In this document: positions 24,641 to 37,204 of the stretch, piece after piece
Numbering within the stretch: position 1 is the first letter of the stretch
Layout: each line of letters begins with the position of its first letter
From: Podarcis melisellensis
Taxonomy: Eukaryota
DNA: 64,000 nt
Strand: one strand, 5' to 3'
Assembly: GCA_964234715.1 (NCBI GenBank)
Contig: OZ174281.1
Position numbers and translations under genes: made by a program
Notes under the pieces: model-generated
The model's database searches: none
Told to the model about the DNA's origin: nothing
What the model saw: the letters and a program-made list of their open reading frames with translations, nothing else

Positions 24641-26550
24641 CAACACCGCTGAGCAGTGAATTGTGTACTGATATGGATGATACATGCAGAAACTCTCACA
24701 ATTTTCCTGCACATTGCTTAGCTGATCAATAAAGACCCTGATTGGTCAGAAGTGCTATTTTTGACATGAAAATTGAAGCTGTCAGAAATTTGGCCCAGCT
24801 CTTAATAATAAAAACACAGTAATGTGCACAAGGAGAATATGAATGGGGGTATGTGGGGGTTCCAAACCAAATTTATTCTTCTGGCAAGTAAATACCTTGG
24901 GAAAATAATCTGCAGTGTTCTTTGAGGAGGCCTGGGGTATATTTTTGCGGGGGGGGGAGAGAAATCAATGGAAAGGCACCCACTGACTTCAGTGAAGTAT
25001 AGATCAGGTTTGCGGTAATCATGATAATGTAAAAGCTGATAGTATGTCAGTGGCCTGTCAAAGCAAATTACTTGCTTCAGGTGAGTGAGCAAAGTAGGGT
25101 TTTATAAGGCTAGAGAAAATATTACAAGGACTGAGGCTGATTCTAATGGTTTCTGTCTGGAAGGCAGACATTTCTCTTATTCTGACACTGTTGCCAGCTG
25201 GATATGTTGATTAAGATATCTGTGTGTGGTTTCTTCTGTTCTGAAAATATAAATCCGAAGCCATAACTATGTTAATAGTTTTGTTAGTGCAGTTTCCTAT
25301 CTGATGGATTCTATCAGATGAAATGGTGTTGAAAGAGATTTTAGAGGAAAGTAACACCATGGAAGAAGAAAAACAAACTGTGCTTTGTTTTTCATGACTC
25401 TCATAGAGAAAGTGCAATCTTGACATTTGACCAATGTGGATTGTGATTTTTCTATTAACATCTAGATAATAAAACAATCACCCTGATCCAGAGAAAACAA
25501 TCTGCAAGTAGAAACCTATTTCACTCCGTATCATTTGTTGTGAGTGGGAGGAGGAAACAGAAGCTGGCACAGGCACCTTTTTTTTGAATGCATTATAGGT
25601 TATCAGCACTGTCAGAGCTCTTACTATGGAGGGGGACACAACCAAAACCCCATTCTCTGCTTCCGGCTCCCTCAATCAGGGCCACGGAATGAAGGGCTAT
25701 GATTCAAAAGCATATTGTCTGCATGCTAAAAGCTTCAGTCCCTTTTCTCGTTTGTTTAAGAAATTTGTAGCAATGGGCAAGTTTGCACGGATTACATTTA
25801 TAATTAGGCTTGTCAAAATGAGTTTCTCCCGTTCCTCCATGAGACTGGAAAATTGGCTGAGTTTATTCTGAACCAGTTAAAAGCAAGAATGGACTCTGTC
25901 ATTCTCCCAATGGCATCAGTGTGAGTGCAGTGCTTAATGCTGCTCCCCCCTCCCCACTTCTCATAAGCACCCAAATCCCCTTGCCCAGTGGCAGCACTTT
26001 CTGCTCTTGTGGTAACAGTATGAAGGTTTTATATTTCCCCAAGCTCCTGGCATCAAGATTGCTGCTGTGGGAAGGAGGGTGAGGCAAGGAAAGATGTCCC
26101 CACACATTCTCTGCCACCAGAGCAGCAGCACCTGCTACCAGGTAAGAGAGATTAGGTAAAGAAGGAGTTCATCTCTAAACTGAATTAGAAAAAAACAACT
26201 AAACTAAACTGGAAAAGAATTCCAGAGATGCAATGCTTCTCTTCAAATGGAACGCCATACTGAATGCCAAACTTCATGTGAACTTTGGCCATATCTCTAG
26301 AGGTTTGTCCCTTTTTAGAGCTTTGTGTTTTATGATGTTCGTGGAGAAGCTTTATGATGCTCATAAAGCACATGGGTGTGCTTTATGATTTTCATGGAGA
26401 AGGGGGAGAGAAAGGAAAGGAGATGGAACAAGTAGAAGAGCAGGGAGTGTATAAAAGGATCAATTCATGCATTCCATCTCAAGAACATGCTACAGAAATA
26501 AGTCCTGCAGAAACTATTTTAAAAAGCATATTGAGAATGTGATAGGATAA

Positions 26551-26900
26551 AATTATTATTTATTAAATTTCTATACTACCCTTCATCTGAGGATCACAGG
26601 GTGATTTACAATATAAAAACAGAAAAATACATACCATAGTATGTACTGTATACAAAAACAAGATCTCCAAGTTTTAAATGCCATAGATTCTTTAATTAGC
26701 CTAAAATCTGGGAGAAGAGGGATGTTTTTGCCTGGCACTTAAAGATATGCAGTGAATGTGCCAGGCAAGCCTCCCTGGGGAGAGCATTCCACAAGCGGGG
26801 ATCCACTGCAGATAAGGCCCGTTCTTGTGTTGCCACCCTCAGGACCTCTCATGGAGAGCCTCAGATTATGATCACAGGGTCCAGGTTGGTTCATATGGGG
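26551..26900 (-). mobile_element. L2-clade LINE 3' end (second subfamily)
   Basis: AT-rich tail, then cctccctggggagagcattccacaagcgggg..., the reverse of the PxLWNALP coding region. Confidence 0.8.
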
Positions 26901-27022
26901 GGAAGGCAAATACAGCATAGTGACAGACTTCAAACTTCAAACAATGGCTCAACTCTCAATTGAAAAGATAATTCTTGGAAATGAATCATTAACAGCATGT
27001 AAACATCTTCTTATGGCCTTAC

Positions 27023-27115
27023 CTTTGTTGCAGCATCAAAGCATACGAAACCCATGCCAAAGTCTATGGTAAGCCCCATAAGATGACTCTCCAGAACACA
27101 GGCATATGTCTTGCA
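27023..27115 (-). CDS. SNTG1: SNTG1 coding exon, 93 bp (CKTYACVLESHLMGLTIDFGMGFVCFDAATK)
   Basis: Manual translation. Acceptor tctttcctag, donor GTAAGG. Confidence 0.95.
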
Positions 27116-27515
27116 CTAGGAAAGATTGAAAAACACAGCGTGTTAGATAGCGCTTCAGTTGAGTACATGTATTTTGAAAAATTATAGCTAAGGGGAAATA
27201 CCCGTTTAGTTACAAATTAGCCCTGGCAAGAACAAAATACATCTTTGCAAATAACACAAACCCTTAGCCATTCAATCAACTGGCTATTTGCATTCCATGA
27301 AAGAGAGCTTCTACCTCTACCTACATGGAAAACACATAGGGGCTTAGTGTTCAGTGGCAGAATAGCAGGCAGCAGCGGCAGAAACAGGCAGGGGGTTGTA
27401 GGGGTGGTGGTGGCAGCAGTGCAATGCAATACCTCCCATTTTTCCTCAGGTGGTGAAGCAGGATGTGCCACCCCTGACTATCTGGCTACAATTTAGCATA
27501 GTAGGTAAGTAAATA

Positions 27516-27746
27516 CAGTGGTACTTTATGAACAACTTGAATTAAGAACACTGCAAACCCGGAAGTAGGTGTTTTGGTTTGTGAACTTTGCCTTGGAATA
27601 AGAACATGTTTCACTTCCTGTTGAGTGTGTTCCATTTGTAAACTGAGTCCCCCACTGCTATGGGAAAGCACGCCTTGGTTTAAGAATGCTTTTTTTAAAG
27701 AATGGACTTCCAGAACAGATTAAGTTTGTATACTAAGGTACCACTT
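27516..27746. mobile_element. Tigger/pogo-type MITE
   Basis: TA-cagtggtact ... aggtaccactt-TA; related to 8186-8400 and 36218-37417. Confidence 0.75.
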
Positions 27747-30700
27747 TATTGGAATTCAACTGTCTTTGCCCATTCCTCAATGTAAATGAAGTAATTGAGA
27801 GTGAAATGCATCACCTCCTAATTTCTGATCACATATGGAATACATCTGCTCACATATGACTGGGGACACATGCACCTTTGGTAAATAAAGAGGCACTTTT
27901 ATATGCAGCTTTTATGTCCCATTACTTTAATGCAAGATAAACATATTTTATTGGAAGTGAGTATGTAAACAAAATATATAATGACTAGGTATTTGCTGTT
28001 GATGTAATGGCTCATCAAAGAAGACAAGGGATAAGAAGACTCTTAGGTTCCCTGAATTTTCCTAGTGAGGCTCTTGTGAACTTCAACCTAACTATTTGAT
28101 GGACCTGCATTTATCTATTTTTATGATTAGTATTATAGTTGACCCCCCCAAAAAAATTCATTTTCAAATAATTTATGTAAGGAAATGTGTTGATAAGGGC
28201 AAATGACCAAACTTCCCTGTCAGCAAGTTGCTAATACAGCACTTCTAACATTTAAGGCAATCGGAAGAACTACCTTTATTTTGAGTTTCTTATTTCTCCA
28301 AACCCCTCCCCCCATGCAGTGTGACATTTTGGTTTGCATTGATAAAATGAAACTGTTCAACACTGAGTTTCAGTTAACAACAAATTACATACTCCTACTG
28401 AGCTCCTTGTTTGATAGTTGGCTTCTGGTTCCTAATGCCAAGCTAGTACCGCTCAGCGCAAATTAGGTATTTTTCTGATCAGAACATCATTGTCAAGATG
28501 TGAAGTGCACAGCAGAGCTTGAAAAGGCCAAGCTACTCATCACAGAAGTGCTTATGAAAGATGCTACCTTTTCACATTAAAGTCAGAGACAAATCTCTTG
28601 AAATCCTTCTGAGACTGATGAAAACCCTAGTTTAGAGCTAGAAGAACAATGACTTAAGGACTTTTTACACAAAATAAATGTTTAAACAGACACTGCCAAG
28701 CAGAAATAATTTGATCGCTAATTAAGTTGTCCACTGCGAAGTGATTCCTATCAATTTAAATTCAGATTTCTGTTTTCTGACAACAGCACCCCCCAAAAAA
28801 AATTCTCTCAAATCATATAATTCATAACTAACATGATTTCAATAAACAAACAAATAACACCAAAACCTAAAGTGGCTCACCTGTATATGCAGTCACAGAT
28901 ATGGAAAAGCACCTGCACAACCTACTGGTGGAACTTTCTAGAAAGCTCTGGAAGACTGGGTATACTGGATCCCTTCCTTTACACCCCTGCATAGTATCAA
29001 TTACTGCATGGCCTTTGGGAGAAATGTCCATGGTGGCAACAATTTGTTTCCTGAGCACTTTCTGCAAGACTTCTGCAAAAAAACTTTCACATTTTAATGA
29101 TGTCAGCCTCTTTGAGGCATGTGAGGCAGTGACTGCGAAGGTCAACAACTTTACTCACACAGTTGCTACACTTTTTGAAGATAGCCCTACTCAGCATCAG
29201 GGCAAAATTCAAGGGGGGGGGAATAAAGAGTGGAGAGGGGGAGCATAGAGCGAGAGATATCTCTTCGTGCCACTGCTTTTTGCACAAGAAAAGAAGGGAG
29301 CCTGAAGGGCTGACTCTAGATTCTTAGCCCATACAGAGATCACAAATGAGTTCACATGGATGAAAGGGGCAAATCCAATGCTGTCAGTCTTCCAAATCTT
29401 CCTAGAAGGTCCCTGTAAACAGCCCAGGCACATTCCCATATTTGGAACAGAATAGAACGCACCAAGAATAACCAGCTAGTTGGGACACTGAGATGGGTAT
29501 TCATTGCACTACTTATATGCTATACTTCCACATTTTTAAAAGTACTCATTTTGTAAACATATGCAGGTTGCAAAGTATGTGTCAGGTGTCTAATTCCCTT
29601 ATCAAACCAAAAGGGTTACTAGAGCTCTTTGGAACAGCAGTGTTTTGAAACAAGTGCCATTCAATATGCACCACCTTCGTGTGGGACAGCTTTTTCAAGT
29701 AATTCTAGGCAGCCCATGTTTAGATGTTGGAAAAGGCATAAAAATAAGACAAACTAAATATCTTCAGATGCTAAAGGAATTGTCCCATCCCAAATAGGTG
29801 GCGGAAAAAAGGGGGGAAAGGTAGGGTTGAATGGAAGAAGAGCCACAGAAATTTGGCCCATAGCTGAGGAGGCAAGCTTTCTTGATTCTGCATTCGTCTC
29901 CAGGGCTGTTGACTTTAGATTATTACTTTATTATCTCCCATGACAACCACAAATATTTGGAGGGAAGCAAGGAAAGTCGGGGGGGGGGGGAGAGATGGAA
30001 TGAAAAGAGCAAGAGTCCATTCTAGAAAAGCTCTGCTAGCAAATGGATAGTATGAATCATTTCTCAACTGCCATTGCCAGAGCAGTCCTCAAAAAGTATC
30101 ATTTATAATTCAAACTACTGGGACATATTTTCTATATAGCATGATAAACAATTGGATATAGCTCAGATGTTGGAGCCATGTGTTCCACAGGTGAATATGG
30201 CATGGCTCAACAAAGTATAAATACTGGCATGGATCTGAAGAATTGATCCATGGGATTTCATTATTTCCTGCCACAACAGGCACTTGTTCCTCCCCTCAAA
30301 AGGTAAGGCCCAGGCAGGCACAATATGTGACCCATCAGAGTAGCAAAATAACCAGACCCTAGAACAGTGATGGAATAAAATCTTTATTGACAGCAAAAGG
30401 CAGGGTAAGGGTTGACATGACATTGGGGCCTGGATTATGTAATCATTCCATGATGGAACGGGTCTCCTGGGTTTGGACCACCCCAAACCCATTTCATGGG
30501 AGTCAGCCAGTGCTGAACTTTGTGTAGTGCAAGCCAAGCAAGCAAGGTCTCACTGGGTGACCAGGGTGCAGATTCCAACCAGGCACCTCAACCCAAGCTT
30601 GGAGGTGCCATGGTCAATTGCCCCCTCAGGCCCTTTATGGGCTCTCCCATCCTATGTGGATTGTGCCTAATACCATTTCTGCCCTCAACAAACAATGTTG

Positions 30701-31868
30701 TTCCGCCTAACAAAGGAAGACCATAATTTCACTGGGGGAAAGGTGAGAGGGAAGTGCCAATCAGGTTGAGTGAAAAAAATTATTTCCGGCCCTGTCAACC
30801 AGCTACTCAAAATTGCTCAGTGAAGGTTCTAACCAGAGGGTGGGTGGGTCCCAAGTGGAAGGCTTTCCTCTCCCCTTTGCAAGGGCATTTTGCTGCAGTC
30901 TATGGGCCCCAGTGCTGGTGGGCAAAGGCATTCCATGCTTACTGGGTGTGGAACGAGACTTCCTGAGGTGAAACAGCATGTGAGGGACGGCTGCTAGGAA
31001 TCATTGCTCCCCCCACCCCCAATATGTCAAAGCACCTTTCATATTCATGTGCAGGGAACTTTGATTCCAAGCCTCTGAATGCAATCCAGAGAAATTGAAG
31101 TCTGCCATTGAAATCCAACTTAGCATACACTGTTACACATTTGTGTATATGTGAATTGCACTCAACTAAAACAACAACAATAACAACAACTGCATTCCTG
31201 CATCCAGTTAATTATTATTAGTCCTATCAAAGTTGGAAAATTTAGAGCAGAGTACATAGATGCAGATGCTGTCTCTTTTTTTTTGGTAAGATTTCCAGAA
31301 AATGTTTATTGCAAGAGAAATAAAATTAAATACTGGGCTTAAAATTATTAGCAAAAACTAGTACATAAAACATCCAGTAAAAGTAATAGGAGAAAATAAA
31401 TGATTTTTGATTTTGTGGGTGAAACAAATCATTCCACAGAGAAAAATAAAAAATGAAGTAATCAATGGAAAGCCTCATAAGCAGCCATATTTGTGACTCA
31501 ACTGCTTGTTAAAGCTCACCAACTTCATGTAAGTTTTATTAATATTTAGTATATTATGTAGTAATAAATGTTATGGGCATAAATGTTTAATTTTATTAAC
31601 TTGCAAAAAAACACCCACCCACAATTGCTTCCTTTTGTCATATCTTTCAGTTATAAAAATGATTAAAACACAGAGATCATTGGGCTGGAAACAGAGCCTC
31701 ATAATTCTTTTCAGTCCCTCAGATACCTTACTTAGGGTTTGGATGCTCACTGTTACACACATTCATAAATGTATCCCTATCTCAAATTTCTGGGCAAAGT
31801 AACTTCTTTATGTAAAGGACTGCAGTGGCACCTTGTGTTGAAGAAGTGATGTGGGTTACTTTAAAACA

Positions 31869-32005
31869 CAGGTGTGAGGAACCTGTGGCCCTCTGGATGA
31901 CGTTGAACTACAACTCTCATAATCCCTGACCATCGGCCATGCTGGCTGGGGCTGATGGGAGCTGCCGTTTTCAACACATGGCGAGCCAAAAGTTCCCAAC
32001 ACCTG
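31869..32005. mobile_element. Short hairpin-type hAT-like MITE
   Basis: caggtgtgaggaac ... gttcccaacacctg termini with an internal palindromic body. No clean TSD. Confidence 0.75.
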
Positions 32006-32955
32006 CTTTAACCTGTGTGGCAGGTAAGCATGAGGAAGTAACTTTAGACTGAAGGAAAGTTCTGTTCTAAACGCACTGGCCATCCACCTTAGTGTTCTAA
32101 TTTAGCAGTTCAATACCTCTGCAAGTGCTAGATTTGCTCCATCAATTACTTCACCTAAGGATCAGTCTTCCCCTCCCCACTCCCCCAGCTACAAAGCTAT
32201 GAGTAACAAGCACAACTCCTAGCAGGAAATATTGAAAGGTGAAAGATTATAACGGGCTTTGAGCAGCTGTCACAAATTGGTAAAGAGATATTAATGTGCA
32301 CCACAGGTTAGAGTGGTAAAGGGTCAGTCTCTAGCCTCTCACTTTCTGGCTCCTAATCAGAGGTTTTATTTCACCTGTAGCTTTTCAGCTTACTTTAATT
32401 AATCCCCTTTGCTGTGAACTTGGAGAGAATAAATTGAAGAATGCTGCCAAGAGAGCACATAATGTCAAAGTTCGTACAGATCTAATATAAACCGTTAAAA
32501 CATTACACCTGCCATAAAAAGAGTGAATTATTTGCTTTTGATTATTGATTTCACACGCTGAAAAAGATGGAAAAAACCCCTATTCAGAATGAAAGTTTCC
32601 CATATAAGAGGCAACTCAATATTTAATCTACCATGTGCAAAAAGTACAGAATCTTAAAACTGGGTCTGTGAATAATTCAGTTGCCCTAGTTCAGGAGCAG
32701 AGACTGAAGCATTATGTTCCTCAGGCCCCAAAACCTGAAGTATACTATAGCTTAGTAGGAGATGTTTGAAGTGGGAGAGAATTCAATGGAGGAAAAAGCT
32801 CATCCAAGCCCATTTCTAAAGTGGAAAAGGTTCAGAGACTCTTGGCTACTAAGTTCATGCCAGAATTCCAGTTTTCCAAAATCAGTGTTGATACAAGGTC
32901 ATAAATGTAAGTTCGAATTTTTAAAATGTTCATAAAGGTACAAATTAGTATAAAC

Positions 32956-33078
32956 TAGTCATGCTGGCCACATGACCCGAAAGCTGTACGTTGGCTCCCT
33001 CGGCCAATAAAGCGAGATGAGCACCGCAACCCCAGAGTTGGCCACGACTGGACCTAATGGTCAGGGGTCCCTTTACCT
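32956..33078 (+). mobile_element. Sauria-type SINE, 3' part
   Basis: catgctggccacatgaccc...gcaaccccagagttggccacgactggacctaatggtcaggggtccctttacct tail. Confidence 0.85.
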
Positions 33079-33780
33079 CAATAGTTGTACATTATGACTG
33101 TTATTTAAACAAAGCTGTAGTGCTACATATCCTACTGATCTGAGTGAGATGAACTATCTGCAAATCCATTATTCAACAAGTAGAACACACCACTGCATAC
33201 ATTTCCTAACAAGATGCATTTTCTTTTGTAAAGGTTGCCCCATTATATTACACAGAAGCATTCCCTGCCCTCAAGACACTATGTGATTTTCCCAGGTTTC
33301 TATGTGAAAAGAAGGAGCTTTGGCACTATTCGGTATATGTAAAAACTCAAAATAGTAACCAGGTTCTGTGCCTCTGCCAACTGAATCAATCTGATTGATC
33401 TGCCCAACACTGGCTGCATATCAACTTGAAACATATTGTAATTAATTGAAAATGGGCTAAGAGGTTTATAGGGTTAGAGGGGAGGGGAGTCATTCATCAA
33501 TCAGTATTGCAGAATCGTAATACTTGCATTAAAAGTGCATTATTTGTGATCCGTGACACTATTTGTGATCCTGGATAAGTTGGGGAGAGGGGAGAAAGCT
33601 GATTTACTAGAACAGGAATGGATGTAAACTATACCCATTAATATAAGAGATACCCATCCAAAGTATTTCAAAAGCATGAAGTATAATAAAATAATAGATG
33701 TTCTATTCTTATAAATATTTATGTAACAACATAGTGACTCCCAATTTCTTCTGCCACCCTGAAATCATCTGCACTTATAC

Positions 33781-34035
33781 AATCACAGACTTGTAGGGTT
33801 GGAAGGTATTCATGGCCCAACTTGGCCCTCCAGCTGTTTTGGGACTACAATTCCCACCATCCCTGACCACTGGTCCTGTTAGCGTGGGATGATGGCAGTT
33901 GTAATCCCAAAACAGCTGGAGGGCCAAGTTGGGCCATGCCTGATCTAGCCCAACCCCTGCAATGCAAGAATCTTTGAGTCCCTGGGTGGACTCAAACCAA
34001 CAACATTCTGGTTGACAGTGAGATGTATGTTACCA
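33781..34035 (-). mobile_element. tRNA-head/CR1-tail SINE interrupted by a MITE
   Basis: Reverse CR1-type tail (gttggaagg...atctagcccaacccctgcaatgca) and reverse B-box (ggtttgagtcc) flank the insert at 33811-33942. Confidence 0.55.
33811..33942. mobile_element. Near-perfect hairpin hAT-like MITE
   Basis: Perfect 34-bp inverted arms at 33811-33844 and 33905-33938. Confidence 0.85.
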
Positions 34036-34586
34036 AGTCCTGGTCTCTCCTTTACCATCCCATAAAATTCCAATTTCTCGTTGTCTTCTTGAATAAATTC
34101 TACCATGAGATCAGAACCGCTATGCTGATAGTGACTAGCCCAAGGCCATGCAACAAGCTTCATGGATGATCTGGGCCCAAGTTTCCCAGATTCAAGCTTC
34201 TAGCCCCACTATTGGGATGCACTGTGCTGCCACACCATTGTTTATCCTTATCTCATTAGCAGATATTTTTCATTTTCAAAGCAAAAGCTAAGGAAATAAG
34301 CAAAATAACAGAAGGCTACAACTTAATGCTTCTAGCTGCTGAACCGCCATTTTGGTTTGGTCAAGAACGTATCAAACAACCACACCTAATCTCACTAGTA
34401 CTTTCAGTGTTTGGGTTTCAAAAACTAAAAGTGTATACAGAACCCTATCTTGTTTTGTTTTTAAATGAGATTTTTTTCCCTGTATGGAAACAATTTGTAG
34501 TAGATCATTAACTCTTTTTCCCATTAAATATTCCAAACCTCCCCCCTCCCCCCAAAAAAGTCTTTGGTAATAACTATCACTATCAT

Positions 34587-34743
34587 CAGTGCTTTTTTAA
34601 AAAAAAGAAAGAAAAGAAAAATGTTTAGGGGTTCTCTCATTTTCCTACTCATATTTAAATACTGCCCCTCAATGAGACCAAACTTAGATTCACAAAGTGT
34701 TTAGGGGTATGCCTACCCCTGCGTACCCACAGAAAAAGCACTG
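34587..34743. mobile_element. hAT-type MITE (CAGTGCTTTTT termini)
   Basis: 11-bp TIR; imperfect 8-bp TSD actatcat/agtatcac; homologous to 46668-46816. Confidence 0.85.
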
Positions 34744-34808
34744 AGTATCACATAAAATGTATTGCATAATAATAACCCAAAATGAATTTGACACCGCATG
34801 TTTCTTAC

Positions 34809-34961
34809 CTGTATTCGTTCCACTTCTAAAAAAGTTGCTGATTGGAAGGCCTTTTCCCATAATATGAGGTCACATTCTAATTCCACAGAAAAGTAGAGAT
34901 CCTCTCCCGTTTCAGACTGGACACCAAAGCAGTGTTTTCGACGATCCAGTAGATCACTGTC
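34809..34961 (-). CDS. SNTG1: SNTG1 coding exon, 153 bp (DSDLLDRRKHCFGVQSETGEDLYFSVELECDLILWEKAFQSATFLEVERIQ)
   Basis: Embedded in ORF 34713-34994(-). Acceptor tttcatcag, donor GTAAGA. Corresponds to the end of the syntrophin PH domain. Confidence 0.96.
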
Positions 34962-36406
34962 CTGATGAAAACCTGGAGTTATATAATCTTGCATACATCA
35001 ATTAATATTTCTTACAGTACAGACCCACATGTTAGATGCAGAACAAAGTGCCATGTAATTTTTATTCAGCCCACATTAGTCTCAGCATTTAAATGGCTTT
35101 GAAATAAAAAAATGTTTTAGAATTTTCACACCAAGTAGCAGAGCACAGTTTGGCTACAAGGATTCACAGGTGCCAGTGTCCAATTTCTGAATAGTTCCCA
35201 AAGCTACCAGTCTTAAAATGGCTCAGAAGTGTGTCATATATTTCGTGTATTCATGCACAGAATATACACCAACAATTTCTTTACTCTGCTGAAAAACACT
35301 ACAATTTCTTTTTGGCAAGGCTTCGGATAAAGAAAATAAACCAAATCCATTCAAACAGTTCTCAAATTATTGGACTTTTCTGCTATTCGTTTAGCAGTGA
35401 ATGTATGTCATCTGTCATAAGGGCTGCAGGCTCTTGAATCTAGGCCCGTTGGAGGTTTTGAGGTATCCTGCTTGAGGAATCGAGACCCTCCAAACAGTCT
35501 TAGGCTATTTTCCACAAGTGGTGGTGTAATTAGTTTTGTTGCTGTTGTTGTTGTAGTTGCAATTTGCTGGTTCTATAAACTAAATGAAGGAAACTGTGCT
35601 GACTGGCATGCACATATAACTAAGAGTGCTTTCCCTCCACCGTCTATGTGGAATTAACATTTACAAGTGATGCATCCAGATTTAAAGGTACTTGGGGAAA
35701 TGTTGTCATTCTCTTCCACAATTGAAAAGGAGGGTATTCTCATCACTCTGATTCTTGAGCAACAACCTACGCAATTAGGGGCCTCTCCTTCAAATACAAA
35801 CACACTTCAACATCTTGCTTCTTTGCATAACCCGCCACCAGGATTCTTTGCCCTTTAGACCCAATTGTACACTGAATGATTTCTTCTGAGCTGAACAACT
35901 CCATTGGGATATGTTTGCATTTCCCTGCATCTAATTTAAATCACTTTTAATCCACCTGGGGATTTCACTGAGTCCTTGGAGTCTGCCTGGAGCTTTGTTC
36001 CTAAATGTAATTAGCCTTCAAGCTCACTGCATGGCCTTAAGTTGCCAGTCATGATCTCATAACAAGGGGACTGTTAAGATAATGTGTGGCTTTCTGTTCC
36101 ATGGAGAAAGAGTGGGATACAAAATGTCCTATAGCTGCTGATAGTGCATAGTTAATTTTTAAAGGGTTTTTTTAATATAAAAAAGAGATTAATCAATTTC
36201 ATCCTATTTCCCCTTTACAAGTGGTACCTCGGGTTAAGTACTTACCGTATTTTTCGCACCATAGGACGCACTTTTTGCCCTCCAAGAATGAAGGGGAAAT
36301 GTGTGTGCGTCCTATGGTGCGAATGCAGGCTTTGCTGAAGCTGGAGAGCGAGAGGGGTTGGTGCGCACTGACCCCTCTCACTCTCCAGGCTTCAGGAGAG
36401 CCCCAC

Positions 36407-36740
36407 CGCCAGCCCCACAAGCTCGGGGGACAGCGGGGAGGCGGAACGCCACCATCCCGCTGTCCCCCGACTTGGTTAGAAGGGTGGCGGGGGGAGAAGC
36501 CTGCTCCTCCCTGTCGCCAGCCCCGCAAACTCGGGGGACAGCGGGAGAGGCGTAGCGCACCCGTCCCGCTGTCCCCCGACTTGGCTAGAAGGCTGGCGGG
36601 GGGGGGAAGAAGCCTGCTCCTCCCCGTCGCCAGCCCCGCAAACTCGGGAGACAGCGGGAGAGGCGCAGCGTGCCCTCCCGCTGTCTCCCGACACGGTTTG
36701 GAGGCTGGCGGAGGGCTTCCTCCTCCCTCAGCCCCGCAAG
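36407..36740. repeat. ~110-bp GC-rich tandem repeat x3, each unit with an internal hairpin
   Basis: cgccagcccc unit starts at 36407, 36515 and 36628. Confidence 0.85.
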
Positions 36741-36840
36741 CTCCCAGAGCGATGCCAAAGCTGCGCGCAGCTTCGGCATGGCTCTGGGTCCCGTTCTGGG
36801 GGAGGGGGAAGCTCGGGCTTCCCCCGCCCCAGCCCCGCGT

Positions 36841-37204
36841 CTCCAGCCGGGAGACGGTTGCGGGGGGCTGCTTTAGCCCCGCGCATGCTCTCCCGGCTGG
36901 AGAGGTGACGCGCGCCTATGGAGGCTCCTGCCATAGGCGCGCGTCACCTCTCCAGCCGGGAGAGGGTCGCGGGGGGCTGCTTTAGCCCCGCGCGTGCTCT
37001 CCCGGCTGGAGAGGTGACGCGCGCCTATGGAGGCTCCTGCCATAGGCGCGTGTCACCTCTCCAGCCGGGAGAGGGTCGCGGGGGGCTGCTTTAGCCCCCT
37101 GCGTGCTCTCCCGGCTGGAGAGATGACGCGCGCCTATGGAGGCTCCTGCCATAGGCGCGCGTCACCTCTCCAACCGGGAGAGGGTCGCGGGGGGCTGCTT
37201 TAGC
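36841..37204. repeat. 109-bp tandem repeat x3.3 with 34-bp inverted arms
   Basis: ctcca(g/a)ccgg recurs at 36841, 36950, 37059 and 37168. Confidence 0.92.

Noticed and set aside
28867-29287. Overlapping 93-115 aa ORFs
   Set aside because: No recognisable domain or exon structure; they lie within an SNTG1 intron.
36199-36985. 254-aa ORF and neighbours; CpG-island/promoter-like appearance
   Set aside because: Essentially confined to the TIR-bounded nested MITE, with repeat-derived Pro/Gly/Arg-rich translations. Not evidence for a gene or promoter.
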